Of a stretch of 64,000 nt of DNA, positions 49,207-57,271 are shown piece after piece. Location of the stretch: the IMG/VR virus record IMGVR_UViG_3300048861_000257, one strand, 5' to 3'. Position 1 is the stretch's first letter. Every line of letters starts with the position of its first letter. The position numbers and the translations under genes are program-made. The notes under the pieces are model-generated. The model saw nothing but the letters and a program-made list of their open reading frames with translations. It ran no database searches and was not told the DNA's origin. Source of the stretch: an uncultured virus (IMG/VR IMGVR_UViG_3300048861_000257). Lineage: Duplodnaviria; Heunggongvirae; Uroviricota; Caudoviricetes; Herelleviridae.

Positions 49207-49218
49207 CTCATATACGAG
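49207..49218. promoter_or_regulatory. Palindromic box, copy 14
   Basis: CTCATATACGAG, 2 bp after TAGACT, upstream of the 49270 gene. Confidence 0.72.
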
Positions 49219-49269
49219 CGAATCCGCACCGCGCGGAATCGGAAGACCGATAACAGAGAGAGGTGCGGC

Positions 49270-49596
49270 ATGGCGATCCCGGGTTTCCCCAACGAGGCCG
49301 AGCTGTCGTCGATGATGGGCTTCGTCACCGACGAGGACCGAGAGCGCTGGGACAAGATGAAGGCCGCATCCGACAAGCAGCTGGACGAGGCGCGAAGTGG
49401 CCTGACCGCACGCGGTCTTGCGTCACAGTCCGCGGGACCGGCCATGCACTTCGCTGAGCGGGCAATCAGCGCGAAGATGACCGGCGCGGAGATGGAAGCG
49501 CGTCGCGAGACATCCCGCAAGGAGACGAAGCGAACCGTAACGACGTTTGAGACGGTCGAGCCAGTAAAGTCTGACGGAGCCGGCCTGGAGTTCTGA
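49270..49596 (+). CDS. Small hypothetical protein
   Basis: RBS GAGGTG before ATG 49270. Confidence 0.6.
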   Translation: MAIPGFPNEAELSSMMGFVTDEDRERWDKMKAASDKQLDEARSGLTARGLASQSAGPAMHFAERAISAKMTGAEMEARRETSRKETKRTVTTFETVEPVKSDGAGLEF

Positions 49597-49713
49597 CGAA
49601 CTCCGTTCGGTATCCGAAATTGCCCGGTTCCGCTAGGCCCTAGCACCTGCCGGAACGACGAATAACATGCTTGAATACGAGATAATTCGAGCGGATTCCC
49701 CATTGGAGACCAG

Positions 49714-50061
49714 ATGACCAACACCCCGGAAGGCAACGCCGCGGATCGAGTGAACCGCCGTGAGTTCACCCAGCGCGTCGCCCAGCGCGCGGGCGTCCCC
49801 GAGCGTGTCGCAGCGTCCGTGTATTCGGCTCTCGTTGACGAGCTGGTGGAGATCACCAAGAACGGCTACAGCGTCACGCTGTCCGGGTTCGGTCGGTTCT
49901 ATCCGCAGACGCATGGAGGGCACAAAGTTCGTGCTCGGTTCGACAACCCGCAGGAGATGAAGGAGGTTGAGGACTACGCGGTCCTCAAGTTCTCCGCAAC
50001 ACGGGAAGTGAACAAACGAGTCAGTGGCCAGGACAAGCCCGACAAGAAGAAGAGGGGCTGA
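49714..50061 (+). CDS. HU/IHF-family DNA-binding protein
   Basis: VNRREFTQRVAQRAG...VTLSGFGRF...LKFSA HU signature. Confidence 0.85.
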   Translation: MTNTPEGNAADRVNRREFTQRVAQRAGVPERVAASVYSALVDELVEITKNGYSVTLSGFGRFYPQTHGGHKVRARFDNPQEMKEVEDYAVLKFSATREVNKRVSGQDKPDKKKRG

Positions 50062-50079
50062 CCGGCCTACGTTGACGAC

Positions 50080-50112
50080 AGAGACCCCGAGGGCATCGCC
50101 CCCGGGGTCTCT
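50080..50112 (+). terminator. Terminator ending the + strand core
   Basis: AGAGACCCCG...CGGGGTCTCT hairpin. Confidence 0.6.
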
Positions 50113-50189
50113 TCGCGTCTGCACGCTGTTCTCGTGGCTGCCGCGAGAACGCGAGCGTTCTCTTTGCCTTCGACGTGGGCGTGGAGGCG

Positions 50190-50230
50190 AAAAAGAGAAC
50201 CCCCGGAGGCTGATGCCCCGGGGGTTCTCT
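50190..50230 (-). terminator. Terminator ending the - strand accessory cluster
   Basis: AGAGAACCCCCGG...CCGGGGGTTCTCT hairpin with a T run on the - strand. Confidence 0.65.
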
Positions 50231-50265
50231 CGCGTGTTGCAGGGTGGTGCCGTGACCTGACAGCG

Positions 50266-51111
50266 TCAGCCGAACAGGATCTTCCCGAACGCGGCGTACT
50301 GGACGATGAGGTCGGTGGTCGAGGCGTCGCCGTCCGCGTGCTCAGGATCGGTGAGATAGTCGTTGCCAGCGCGCACCTGGTAGGGGTCCTTGTTGATCTC
50401 GCCTCGCTGCAGCGCGACGAGCGCGGCGACGAGCTCCTGGTAACAGACGGTCTTTGTGCGATAGGTCACAGTCCCGAACTTGTGGGTGAAGACGGTGCCA
50501 TCGGTCGGCGAGTTCGACGGCTCCCACTTCTCGCCGTCTTCCCAGTAGCCGACGATGACGGCAACGTCGGTCGCCGCATGCTCGAGCTTCTGGTCGCTCG
50601 GCAGGGTCACGCTGTGCGCCCACCACCAGTCGAAGCCCAGGTCCTCGACAACCTCGCGGAGTGTCTCGCGCGCGACAGTCAGATGCTCGGCCGGCCCATC
50701 GACAACGGTGAAGTGCTGTGTTCCTGCGGTCATCGGGTCCTCTCTTGTCTCGAAGGTGTTCACGATCTTGGTCAGCACCCGACGCGCGTGCTCCCGCCTC
50801 TCTTCCGAGATTCCCATGGCGATCCCCATGTCGCGCACGCTGGCCAGATAGTGCCGGGCCGCGTTCGCCTTATGAGCCGGCGGCGCCTGCTCGTAGAGGG
50901 CTCGGAAGGACGAGATGATCGCATCGTGGTTGTCGAACTCCGGGCGCGGGCGCTCGAAGGCGGCCTCGCCAGCTCTCCCGGCGGAGAACGGCACGGCGTA
51001 GCGCTTCCCGGTCTCGACACCGACGAGCGGCTCCGGGTCTCGATGGTGCGTGCCACTGGTCATCCGCTGAGGGCTATCGAACGCGAAGTTCCTCACGGTC
51101 GTCTCGGTCAT
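50266..51111 (-). CDS. Phage-like hypothetical protein (possibly two fused ORFs)
   Basis: ATG 51111 with RBS GAGAGGA; second RBS+ATG in frame at 50733; C-terminus DADxIxQxAxFGxIxFG-like. Confidence 0.6.
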   Translation of the reverse strand: MTETTVRNFAFDSPQRMTSGTHHRDPEPLVGVETGKRYAVPFSAGRAGEAAFERPRPEFDNHDAIISSFRALYEQAPPAHKANAARHYLASVRDMGIAMGISEERREHARRVLTKIVNTFETREDPMTAGTQHFTVVDGPAEHLTVARETLREVVEDLGFDWWWAHSVTLPSDQKLEHAATDVAVIVGYWEDGEKWEPSNSPTDGTVFTHKFGTVTYRTKTVCYQELVAALVALQRGEINKDPYQVRAGNDYLTDPEHADGDASTTDLIVQYAAFGKILFG

Positions 51112-51113
51112 GG

Positions 51114-51332
51114 TCAGTCCTCTCCGTTGGCATCGGCCATGCCGGCGCTGAACCCGCGTGAATACTCGCTTCGCCCCAGCGCCTCGATAGTTCCGATCTC
51201 GATGGTGTGGCCCGGATCGATAAGCATCCGGCGGATGATGTCGAGCTTCGTGGCGCGGGTCTTCGCGGTCGAGATTGCCCCTCGGGCGTTGATGTTTGCG
51301 CGCTCGGCGTCGGTCTTGCGCGGTGCGCTCAC
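51114..51332 (-). CDS. Small hypothetical protein
   Basis: GTGA overlap with the upstream gene. Confidence 0.5.
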   Translation of the reverse strand: MSAPRKTDAERANINARGAISTAKTRATKLDIIRRMLIDPGHTIEIGTIEALGRSEYSRGFSAGMADANGED

Positions 51333-51688
51333 TGGGCGGCCGCCGGCGGATGAGCGCCGGGTGCGAAGTCGCACGAGATGGAGTCCGACCCGTTGCTGCT
51401 GCCGCCGTAGCGAATGCACAGCATCCGGTGGCCATCGGACGTGATGACCCACTCGGCGACATACCCGCGGCCGTATGGGTCGTTCGGGGCACTGTAGGGG
51501 TTCTCCGAGCTGCCTGGCGCCGGGGTTGGTGTCGCGTCGTCCGCGGCGCCGAGCAGATCGGTGACGGACCAAGGCTTTTCGGTCCCCTCGGACTGCGTGG
51601 AGCCGTCCCCTGCAGCGCACCCGGTGAGGAGGAGCAGGCCGACGCCGAGTAGAACCGCTGCGGCGGTGGTCCTGAGCTTCACAGTCAC
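51329..51688 (-). CDS. Putative lipoprotein
   Basis: Signal peptide with lipobox LLTGC. Confidence 0.65.
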   Translation of the reverse strand: MTVKLRTTAAAVLLGVGLLLLTGCAAGDGSTQSEGTEKPWSVTDLLGAADDATPTPAPGSSENPYSAPNDPYGRGYVAEWVITSDGHRMLCIRYGGSSNGSDSISCDFAPGAHPPAAAQ

Positions 51689-51975
51689 GCCGCTCCCTCG
51701 ATCGCGCTGACGGACGCCTCGAGCACGTACGGGCCCTCGTAGCCGCCCCAGGTGGGGCGCTCATCGGTCTCGCCCGTGCGGTAGGCGTTCAGCTCCTCGA
51801 CGGTCGTGCCGTAGTCGCCGAGGAACGGGTGCTCGCGGCTGGTGAGGTACTCCTTCAGGAGCCCGAACATCTCGTTGGATGCCTGCTCCGGGGTCTGGCC
51901 TTCGGCCGGGGTGACGGTGAGGGTGATGTTCGCCTGCACGGTCGCGGTCTCGATGATGGTGGTGCTGTTCGTCAC
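51685..51975 (-). CDS. Hypothetical protein
   Basis: RBS GAGAGGA; GTGA coupling to the downstream gene. Confidence 0.55.
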   Translation of the reverse strand: MTNSTTIIETATVQANITLTVTPAEGQTPEQASNEMFGLLKEYLTSREHPFLGDYGTTVEELNAYRTGETDERPTWGGYEGPYVLEASVSAIEGAA

Positions 51976-51987
51976 GGTGACGTCCTC

Positions 51988-52692
51988 TCAGTTGCTGGTG
52001 CGGAGGGCGGGACCCGTCCGCTGCTCGTGCAGGGGGTGCATTCGGCGCAGGTGCTCCGGTGCGGTTCGGTAAATGTCGGTGTGGGTGATCATCGTTTCGC
52101 CGATGACCTGCTCCGGAGTCGTGCCAGGGCGATACACGCTGTAGGGCTTCAGCCCGTCGAGGCGACCGACTTCGAAGGTGCGGTTCGGTGAGTGCGGCCA
52201 CTGGTTCTCGTATGCAGCCCACAGCTCGCGGTACAGCGGCAGGAGGGTGTGGAGCATCCCTTCGTCGGGCGACACGACCCAGGCGTGTGGCCGGGGTCGT
52301 AGGACCCCCTCGTTGCGTGGCGAGTCGGCCGGCTCGTAGATGCACGGGAAGCCGTCGGGCAGAGCAAGGCTCTGGTGCTGCTCGAGGCGGAGCACGGCCG
52401 CACGGATGCGGTCCTCCCAGCGCGGGGAGAGCGACAGAAGGAGAGTCTCCAGCGGCGGCAGCTCAGCGGCGGCCGCGCTCTCGATGGTGTCGTCATCGCG
52501 AAAGGGCAACGCGGTGTTCACGTTCGCCAGGTCGTATCGATGGTTGTCCCTGAGCGCCGTCGACGGCGCATAGCTGAGGGGCGACGCGTCCTGAGCTCCG
52601 GCCGCGGCGACTGCATCCCGGTACTCGGTGAGTGCGGCGATGGCCGTGGTCCTGGCCAAAGCGACTCGCTGGGCGGTGGTGTTCTCGGTCAT
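51988..52692 (-). CDS. Hypothetical protein
   Basis: ATG 52692 overlaps the upstream stop (ATGA); RBS AGGAG. Confidence 0.6.
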   Translation of the reverse strand: MTENTTAQRVALARTTAIAALTEYRDAVAAAGAQDASPLSYAPSTALRDNHRYDLANVNTALPFRDDDTIESAAAAELPPLETLLLSLSPRWEDRIRAAVLRLEQHQSLALPDGFPCIYEPADSPRNEGVLRPRPHAWVVSPDEGMLHTLLPLYRELWAAYENQWPHSPNRTFEVGRLDGLKPYSVYRPGTTPEQVIGETMITHTDIYRTAPEHLRRMHPLHEQRTGPALRTSN

Positions 52693-53123
52693 GCTCGGTT
52701 CTCCTGTCCGACGAGGACCGAGTCCCGGTCGTTGTCCGTGGGGTGCTGCTCGATGAGGATGCGTGCAGCGCACTTGGCGATGCAGATGAGGTCCGCGCGA
52801 CTGATGAAGTCGCCGGCCTCGCGGACTGCGCCCCGATCGAAGGGGATTGCGGCCGCGAAGGGGCCGGAGCTGCGAAGGCCGATCCACGGCTGGTCGACGT
52901 CGAGTTCACGGATGGCCAGGCGATCCCACTTCCGAATCGAGATCGTGTTGAGGTGCTTGTCGCGGGCGAACGCGTCGCACAGCGTCTCGACGTCGAATGC
53001 CGCGCGCACGTGGCGCAGCGTGGCGTCGGTGACGAACTGTGCGTAGTAGTCGTGGTGGGAGATCGTCTTCTCGCGCACGTACTCGGTTCGCGTGTAGATC
53101 CTGGTGGTGGTCTGCGTGCTCAC
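52689..53123 (-). CDS. Phage-like hypothetical protein
   Basis: GTG 53123 with RBS GGAAGG; HHDYYAQFVT...HLNTISIRKWD. Confidence 0.55.
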   Translation of the reverse strand: MSTQTTTRIYTRTEYVREKTISHHDYYAQFVTDATLRHVRAAFDVETLCDAFARDKHLNTISIRKWDRLAIRELDVDQPWIGLRSSGPFAAAIPFDRGAVREAGDFISRADLICIAKCAARILIEQHPTDNDRDSVLVGQENRA

Positions 53124-53143
53124 GGCATGCCCTTCCGGTCTGG

Positions 53144-53584
53144 CTACCGGCGCTGGCCGGTCAGCAGGAACGTGATGATCCAGCCGACGGTCGCTGCGCG
53201 GCGCGCGCTCGACATCCCGGCGAGCTGGTCGCGGATGGGCGCGAGCACCGTGCGCAGCGGATCCTGGCCGGCCTGGACGATCCGCTTCGATTCCAGCTGC
53301 TGCTGGTGCTGTGCGACATCGGCCTCCTGCTCGATGGACCACCGCAGAAGCTGGTCTTCGTCGGTGGACTGGGCGATGGCCTGCGGGCCGTTCGCGCCGC
53401 TCGTGTAGTAGCCGTCGCCGTCTTCCTGGATGCGGACGATGGTGCCGATCTTGTGACCGGTGACGAGTGGCCTTTTGAAGCCGCGCAGGGTGCCGGGCTT
53501 CCCGACCGGCTCGTAGAAGTACGCAAGGGCGTTTTTCACGGTGAGCCGGCGGCCGACGAAGATGAGATCGACCTCGGTGGTCAT
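53144..53584 (-). CDS. Hypothetical protein
   Basis: RBS GAGGAG before ATG 53584. Confidence 0.6.
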   Translation of the reverse strand: MTTEVDLIFVGRRLTVKNALAYFYEPVGKPGTLRGFKRPLVTGHKIGTIVRIQEDGDGYYTSGANGPQAIAQSTDEDQLLRWSIEQEADVAQHQQQLESKRIVQAGQDPLRTVLAPIRDQLAGMSSARRAATVGWIITFLLTGQRR

Positions 53585-53666
53585 GGGTGCTCCTCTCGTG
53601 AGCGGGTACGACGAAGGGCGGCGACCGCTCGTGTGAGCTCGTCGCCGCCCTGTCGTGGCGGGTCGG

Positions 53667-54533
53667 TCAGGATTGGTCGCGCTGGATGCGCTGCCGCTCA
53701 TCGCGGATCGCGTCCGCGATCGCTCCTTGCTCGAAGTTCTCCAGCTCGGCAACGCCGATGTTGTACATCGGGGCCTCGTTCTCGTTGAGGAAGTAGAGGC
53801 GCATCGCGGCGGCCGTTTCCCGGGCGCCGCGTTCGAAGTCGGCAGACACCGCCGGGCGGAGGGTGACCGAGTCGCGAGGTCCGTAGAGGCGTGCGTAAAC
53901 CGCGGCGAGGTCCGGGGGCGAGTAGTTCTCACCCTTCAGGACCTTCCCGGCGGGGTAGCCGTCGAGATCGACACCACGGGAGTGGATCGGCTTTCCGTCG
54001 GCGCCGAGCTTCGACATGTTGGCCCGTTGGACCTCATCGAAGAACGGCTGCGGGTCGATCCCGGCGTTGAGCAGCGTGAAGATCGCGCTGTTGAGGATGG
54101 TGTCCAGCAACTCGACCGACCGCGTGGTGTCCTGGCGGCGGAATGCCGCCTCGAGCATCGCGAGGTACATCTCGTACGCGATCACGCATCCGCTCGCGGT
54201 ATCCATGAGGATGTCGAGGTTGAACGGGCGCTCTTCGCGGTTCACGTGGCTCAGCGGGTTGCTGGCGTCGTGCCCCATCTCGACCAGCGCGCCCAGTGTC
54301 ACGTAGACCGTGTCGATGAGTGCGTCGATCACGAGCACGGGGTCGCGCTTCTCGACGGCCTGCCGGAGTTCAACGATTCCCTCCTCGCGGAGCAGGCCGA
54401 TCCTCAGTTCGATACGGTCGAGCGGGAGCGGTCCTGGCGTCGCGACGAGGTTCGGCATGTCGAACGCATCGTGGAAGGCGGCGACGTCCTGCTGCATCGG
54501 CAGCCCGTACGTCGCAGTGCGGGTCGTGTTCAT
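53667..54533 (-). CDS. MazG-like / all-alpha NTP pyrophosphohydrolase
   Basis: VAAFHDAF, LLREEGIVEL, DALIDTVYV, DEVQRANMSKLG.DGKP, GKVLKG..YSPPDL. Confidence 0.8.
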   Translation of the reverse strand: MNTTRTATYGLPMQQDVAAFHDAFDMPNLVATPGPLPLDRIELRIGLLREEGIVELRQAVEKRDPVLVIDALIDTVYVTLGALVEMGHDASNPLSHVNREERPFNLDILMDTASGCVIAYEMYLAMLEAAFRRQDTTRSVELLDTILNSAIFTLLNAGIDPQPFFDEVQRANMSKLGADGKPIHSRGVDLDGYPAGKVLKGENYSPPDLAAVYARLYGPRDSVTLRPAVSADFERGARETAAAMRLYFLNENEAPMYNIGVAELENFEQGAIADAIRDERQRIQRDQS

Positions 54534-55369
54534 TCGGGCTCGCTTTCGGTCAAGGGGAGCGGGGAGAGGTCCTCGACCTCGTACGGCCGCAGCGGGAGGG
54601 CCTCCACGGTCACGAGGGTGCCTTGGCCGAGGCTCTCAACCTCAGGAGGGAGGTGTGGCGCGTAGGGGTGGCGCTCACCGCAGTACTTGCCGTCGCACCA
54701 TTCGCCGCCGGTGGTGTCCTGATCGGACATCGTCAGCGGATCGGTTCCGATGGGGTAGAGGTACGCCTTCGTGAGCAGGGCGGTGAGCTTCACATGGCCG
54801 TAGCCGGCGAAGGTCGGCTGCGACACCGCGATCAGCTCGAGCTTGGCGGCGCTGCTCGCGTCGTGCTCGAAGTCGGTCGCGTTCTCGTGGCGCGCCTGCA
54901 CATCGAACCGCGAAGTACCGTTGCGGCTATCGCGGGACTCGATGTCGCCGCCGACCAGCACGGCGAGCAGGCGCCTCTCGTGTTCGTACTCGTCGGTTCT
55001 GCTGATTCGGATGAGCTGGGAGCCGCGGCCGTACGCGACGGTGTACTGCTTGTCCACGGTCGTCGCGTAGAGGCTCTTGAAGTCGGGCGAGTACGTGGCG
55101 AGCCGGGCGGCTTCCAGCTCGGCGATCGCCGCGAACATCCGCTCGGTGGGCTGGAAGGCCTCTGCCTCGTCGTCCTTCACCCAGGCATGGAGTCGGGTGT
55201 CGTCGAAGACGTCGCGGTCGAGCTTCTGCTTGCGCCGTGCGGCGCGGTGGAGCAGCTGGGCATCCTCGCTCACCGACGACACCGGACCGAGCGGGTAGTC
55301 GATCGGCATGTCGTTCATGGGCCTGACGGGCAGCGCCTTGCCAGGTGTGATGGTGGTCTTCTTGGGCAC
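54530..55369 (-). CDS. Hypothetical protein with a Cys/His cluster
   Basis: GTG 55369 with RBS GGAG; WCDGKYCGERH; ATGA coupling to the MazG-like gene. Confidence 0.55.
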   Translation of the reverse strand: MPKKTTITPGKALPVRPMNDMPIDYPLGPVSSVSEDAQLLHRAARRKQKLDRDVFDDTRLHAWVKDDEAEAFQPTERMFAAIAELEAARLATYSPDFKSLYATTVDKQYTVAYGRGSQLIRISRTDEYEHERRLLAVLVGGDIESRDSRNGTSRFDVQARHENATDFEHDASSAAKLELIAVSQPTFAGYGHVKLTALLTKAYLYPIGTDPLTMSDQDTTGGEWCDGKYCGERHPYAPHLPPEVESLGQGTLVTVEALPLRPYEVEDLSPLPLTESEPE

Positions 55370-55446
55370 GATGGTGCTCCGTTTCTGCGCGGGGCGCACC
55401 GCGAGGCGGGGCGCGCGTGAAGGTGTCGCCCCGGGTCCGGAGCGAC

Positions 55447-56712
55447 TCAGATGGCGTGGGCGGTGGCGAGCTCGGACCAGTGGGTCGTCGCACGGAGGGA
55501 GAGCATCTCTCGGCGCATCTCGAAGCCGCGCCCGAGTCGCATTCCGGCCATGCCGAGACCGATGGTCTGCTCGCCGTGGCGGCGGTGGACCTTGTCGAGC
55601 AGATCACCGACGCCGCGGTGGTCGTAGTCGGGCTGGAACATCGGCAGGAACGAGTGCGAACTGGCGGGGGAGAGGTCGTTCAACATGACGCCGGCGCGGA
55701 CGTACTTCGCGCCCGGCCGCAGCTTGCCACGCAGGCTCTCGGCGGCCGCCTTGGCGATCGCCACCGGGTCATCCGTTGGCATCGCGAACGCTGCCTGGCC
55801 CCAGGCGGACGTGTAGTTGTCGGCGTACGGCGAGGATGCCGCAAACGCCGAGACGAGACCGGCGACGGACTTGTCGCGCCGCATCCGAGCCGTGGCCCGC
55901 TGCGCGTAGACCGAGAGCACGTGCTCGACCGTCGCGGGGTCCGTGACGGGGTGTCCGAACATGCGCGAGGAGATGATCTGCTGCTTCACCTTGCGCTCTG
56001 GCTCGAGCTCGATGCACGAGATCCCATTGAGCTCATAGACGGTGCGCTGGACGACGACGCCGAAGGCCTTCTTGATGGCCGCGGGGTCCGCGTTCTTCAG
56101 GTCGAGCATCGTGTGGATGTCGCGCTCGGCGAGACGACGTTCGAGGCGACCAGCGATGCCCCAGGTCTCGCTCGTGGGGTAGGAAGCCATGATGCGTTCC
56201 TGCTGCTCGGACGAGTAGCCGCCCCAGTCGCAGACGCCGTCGAGCTGCTTGTTCCGCTTCGCGCCATGGTTGGCCAGTTTCGAAAGTGTCTTCGATTTCC
56301 CGAAGCCGATCGACACGGGGAGGCCCACATTGCGGCGGATGCGCTGACGGATCTCGCGACCCAGCGCGGCGAGGTCGGTTCGCTCCTCATTCACCACGAG
56401 CCACGCCTCATCGATCGAGTAGGGCTCGATCACGCCGTAGCGTCCGATGACTTCGTGCATTCTGCTCGAGAGGTCACCATACAGCTCGTAGTTACTTGAA
56501 CGTGCCGTCAACCCCCAGTGCTCGGCGGCACCCTTGATCTTGAACCACGGAGTGCCCATTTTGACGCCGAGCGCCTTCGCCTCGGCATTGAGCGAAACGA
56601 TGCATCCGTCGTTGTTGGACAAGACACAAATCGCGGTGCCGGCCAGCTTGGGGTTGAACACCACCTCGCAGGACGCATAGAACGAATTGCCGTCGCAAAG
56701 CGCGTAGATCAT
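55447..56712 (-). CDS. umuC: Y-family DNA polymerase V catalytic subunit (UmuC-like)
   Basis: CDGNSFYASCE, VLSNNDGC, SSNYELYGDLS, YSIDEAW, SKTLSKLAN; C-terminal MRREMLS...TTHWSEL. Confidence 0.92.
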   Translation of the reverse strand: MIYALCDGNSFYASCEVVFNPKLAGTAICVLSNNDGCIVSLNAEAKALGVKMGTPWFKIKGAAEHWGLTARSSNYELYGDLSSRMHEVIGRYGVIEPYSIDEAWLVVNEERTDLAALGREIRQRIRRNVGLPVSIGFGKSKTLSKLANHGAKRNKQLDGVCDWGGYSSEQQERIMASYPTSETWGIAGRLERRLAERDIHTMLDLKNADPAAIKKAFGVVVQRTVYELNGISCIELEPERKVKQQIISSRMFGHPVTDPATVEHVLSVYAQRATARMRRDKSVAGLVSAFAASSPYADNYTSAWGQAAFAMPTDDPVAIAKAAAESLRGKLRPGAKYVRAGVMLNDLSPASSHSFLPMFQPDYDHRGVGDLLDKVHRRHGEQTIGLGMAGMRLGRGFEMRREMLSLRATTHWSELATAHAI

Positions 56713-56719
56713 TGATAGA

Positions 56720-57160
56720 TCAACGATGCCGGTGGATGTTGAAGGTCACGACACCCCAGACGACCATCTCGGTGTCGCCTTCCAGGGGGATGGATCTGAA
56801 CGCGGGATTTTCGGCCTGAAGGATCAGCCCCCCGGTCGAGCGCGCGAGGCGCTTGAGGGTGAGTTCGCCGTCGACAATTGCGACAACGACGTCTCCGATG
56901 TCAGGCTCGATGCTCCGGTCCACGAGGATCTGATCGCCGTCGAAAATGCCTGCGCCGATCATCGAATCGCCGGCCACATTCAGGATGAATGTCGACGTGC
57001 GATCGAGGATCAGGTTCTCGTTCAGGTCGACGGGACCCCGATAATGGTCCTGGGCTGGCGAGGGGAAACCCGCAGACACGGCAGCGGCGACCGGCGTCAG
57101 CACGCCGCCTGGTGGGGCGAATGCATCGACGGGGCCGAGGACTTCCAGCATCGCGCACAT
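56720..57160 (-). CDS. umuD: UmuD-like S24 autoprotease subunit
   Basis: VSAGFPSPAQD (Ala-Gly cleavage site), VAGDSM (Ser), LTLKRL (Lys), VWGVV. Confidence 0.9.
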   Translation of the reverse strand: MCAMLEVLGPVDAFAPPGGVLTPVAAAVSAGFPSPAQDHYRGPVDLNENLILDRTSTFILNVAGDSMIGAGIFDGDQILVDRSIEPDIGDVVVAIVDGELTLKRLARSTGGLILQAENPAFRSIPLEGDTEMVVWGVVTFNIHRHR

Positions 57161-57173
57161 CCTTCCCGAAGCA

Positions 57174-57189
57174 TCGAACTTATGTTCGA
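57174..57189. promoter_or_regulatory. Actinobacterial LexA (SOS) box upstream of umuDC
   Basis: TCGAAC-TTAT-GTTCGA matches TCGAAC-N4-GTTCGA exactly, 13 bp upstream of the umuD ATG. Confidence 0.88.
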
Positions 57190-57271
57190 TATCTCCGGAG
57201 TGTACGTCCGACAGTCGACACTGTAAAAGTGGACAAGTCCGGGATCGTCTGCAAGAAGGTGGCGCCGCAGG

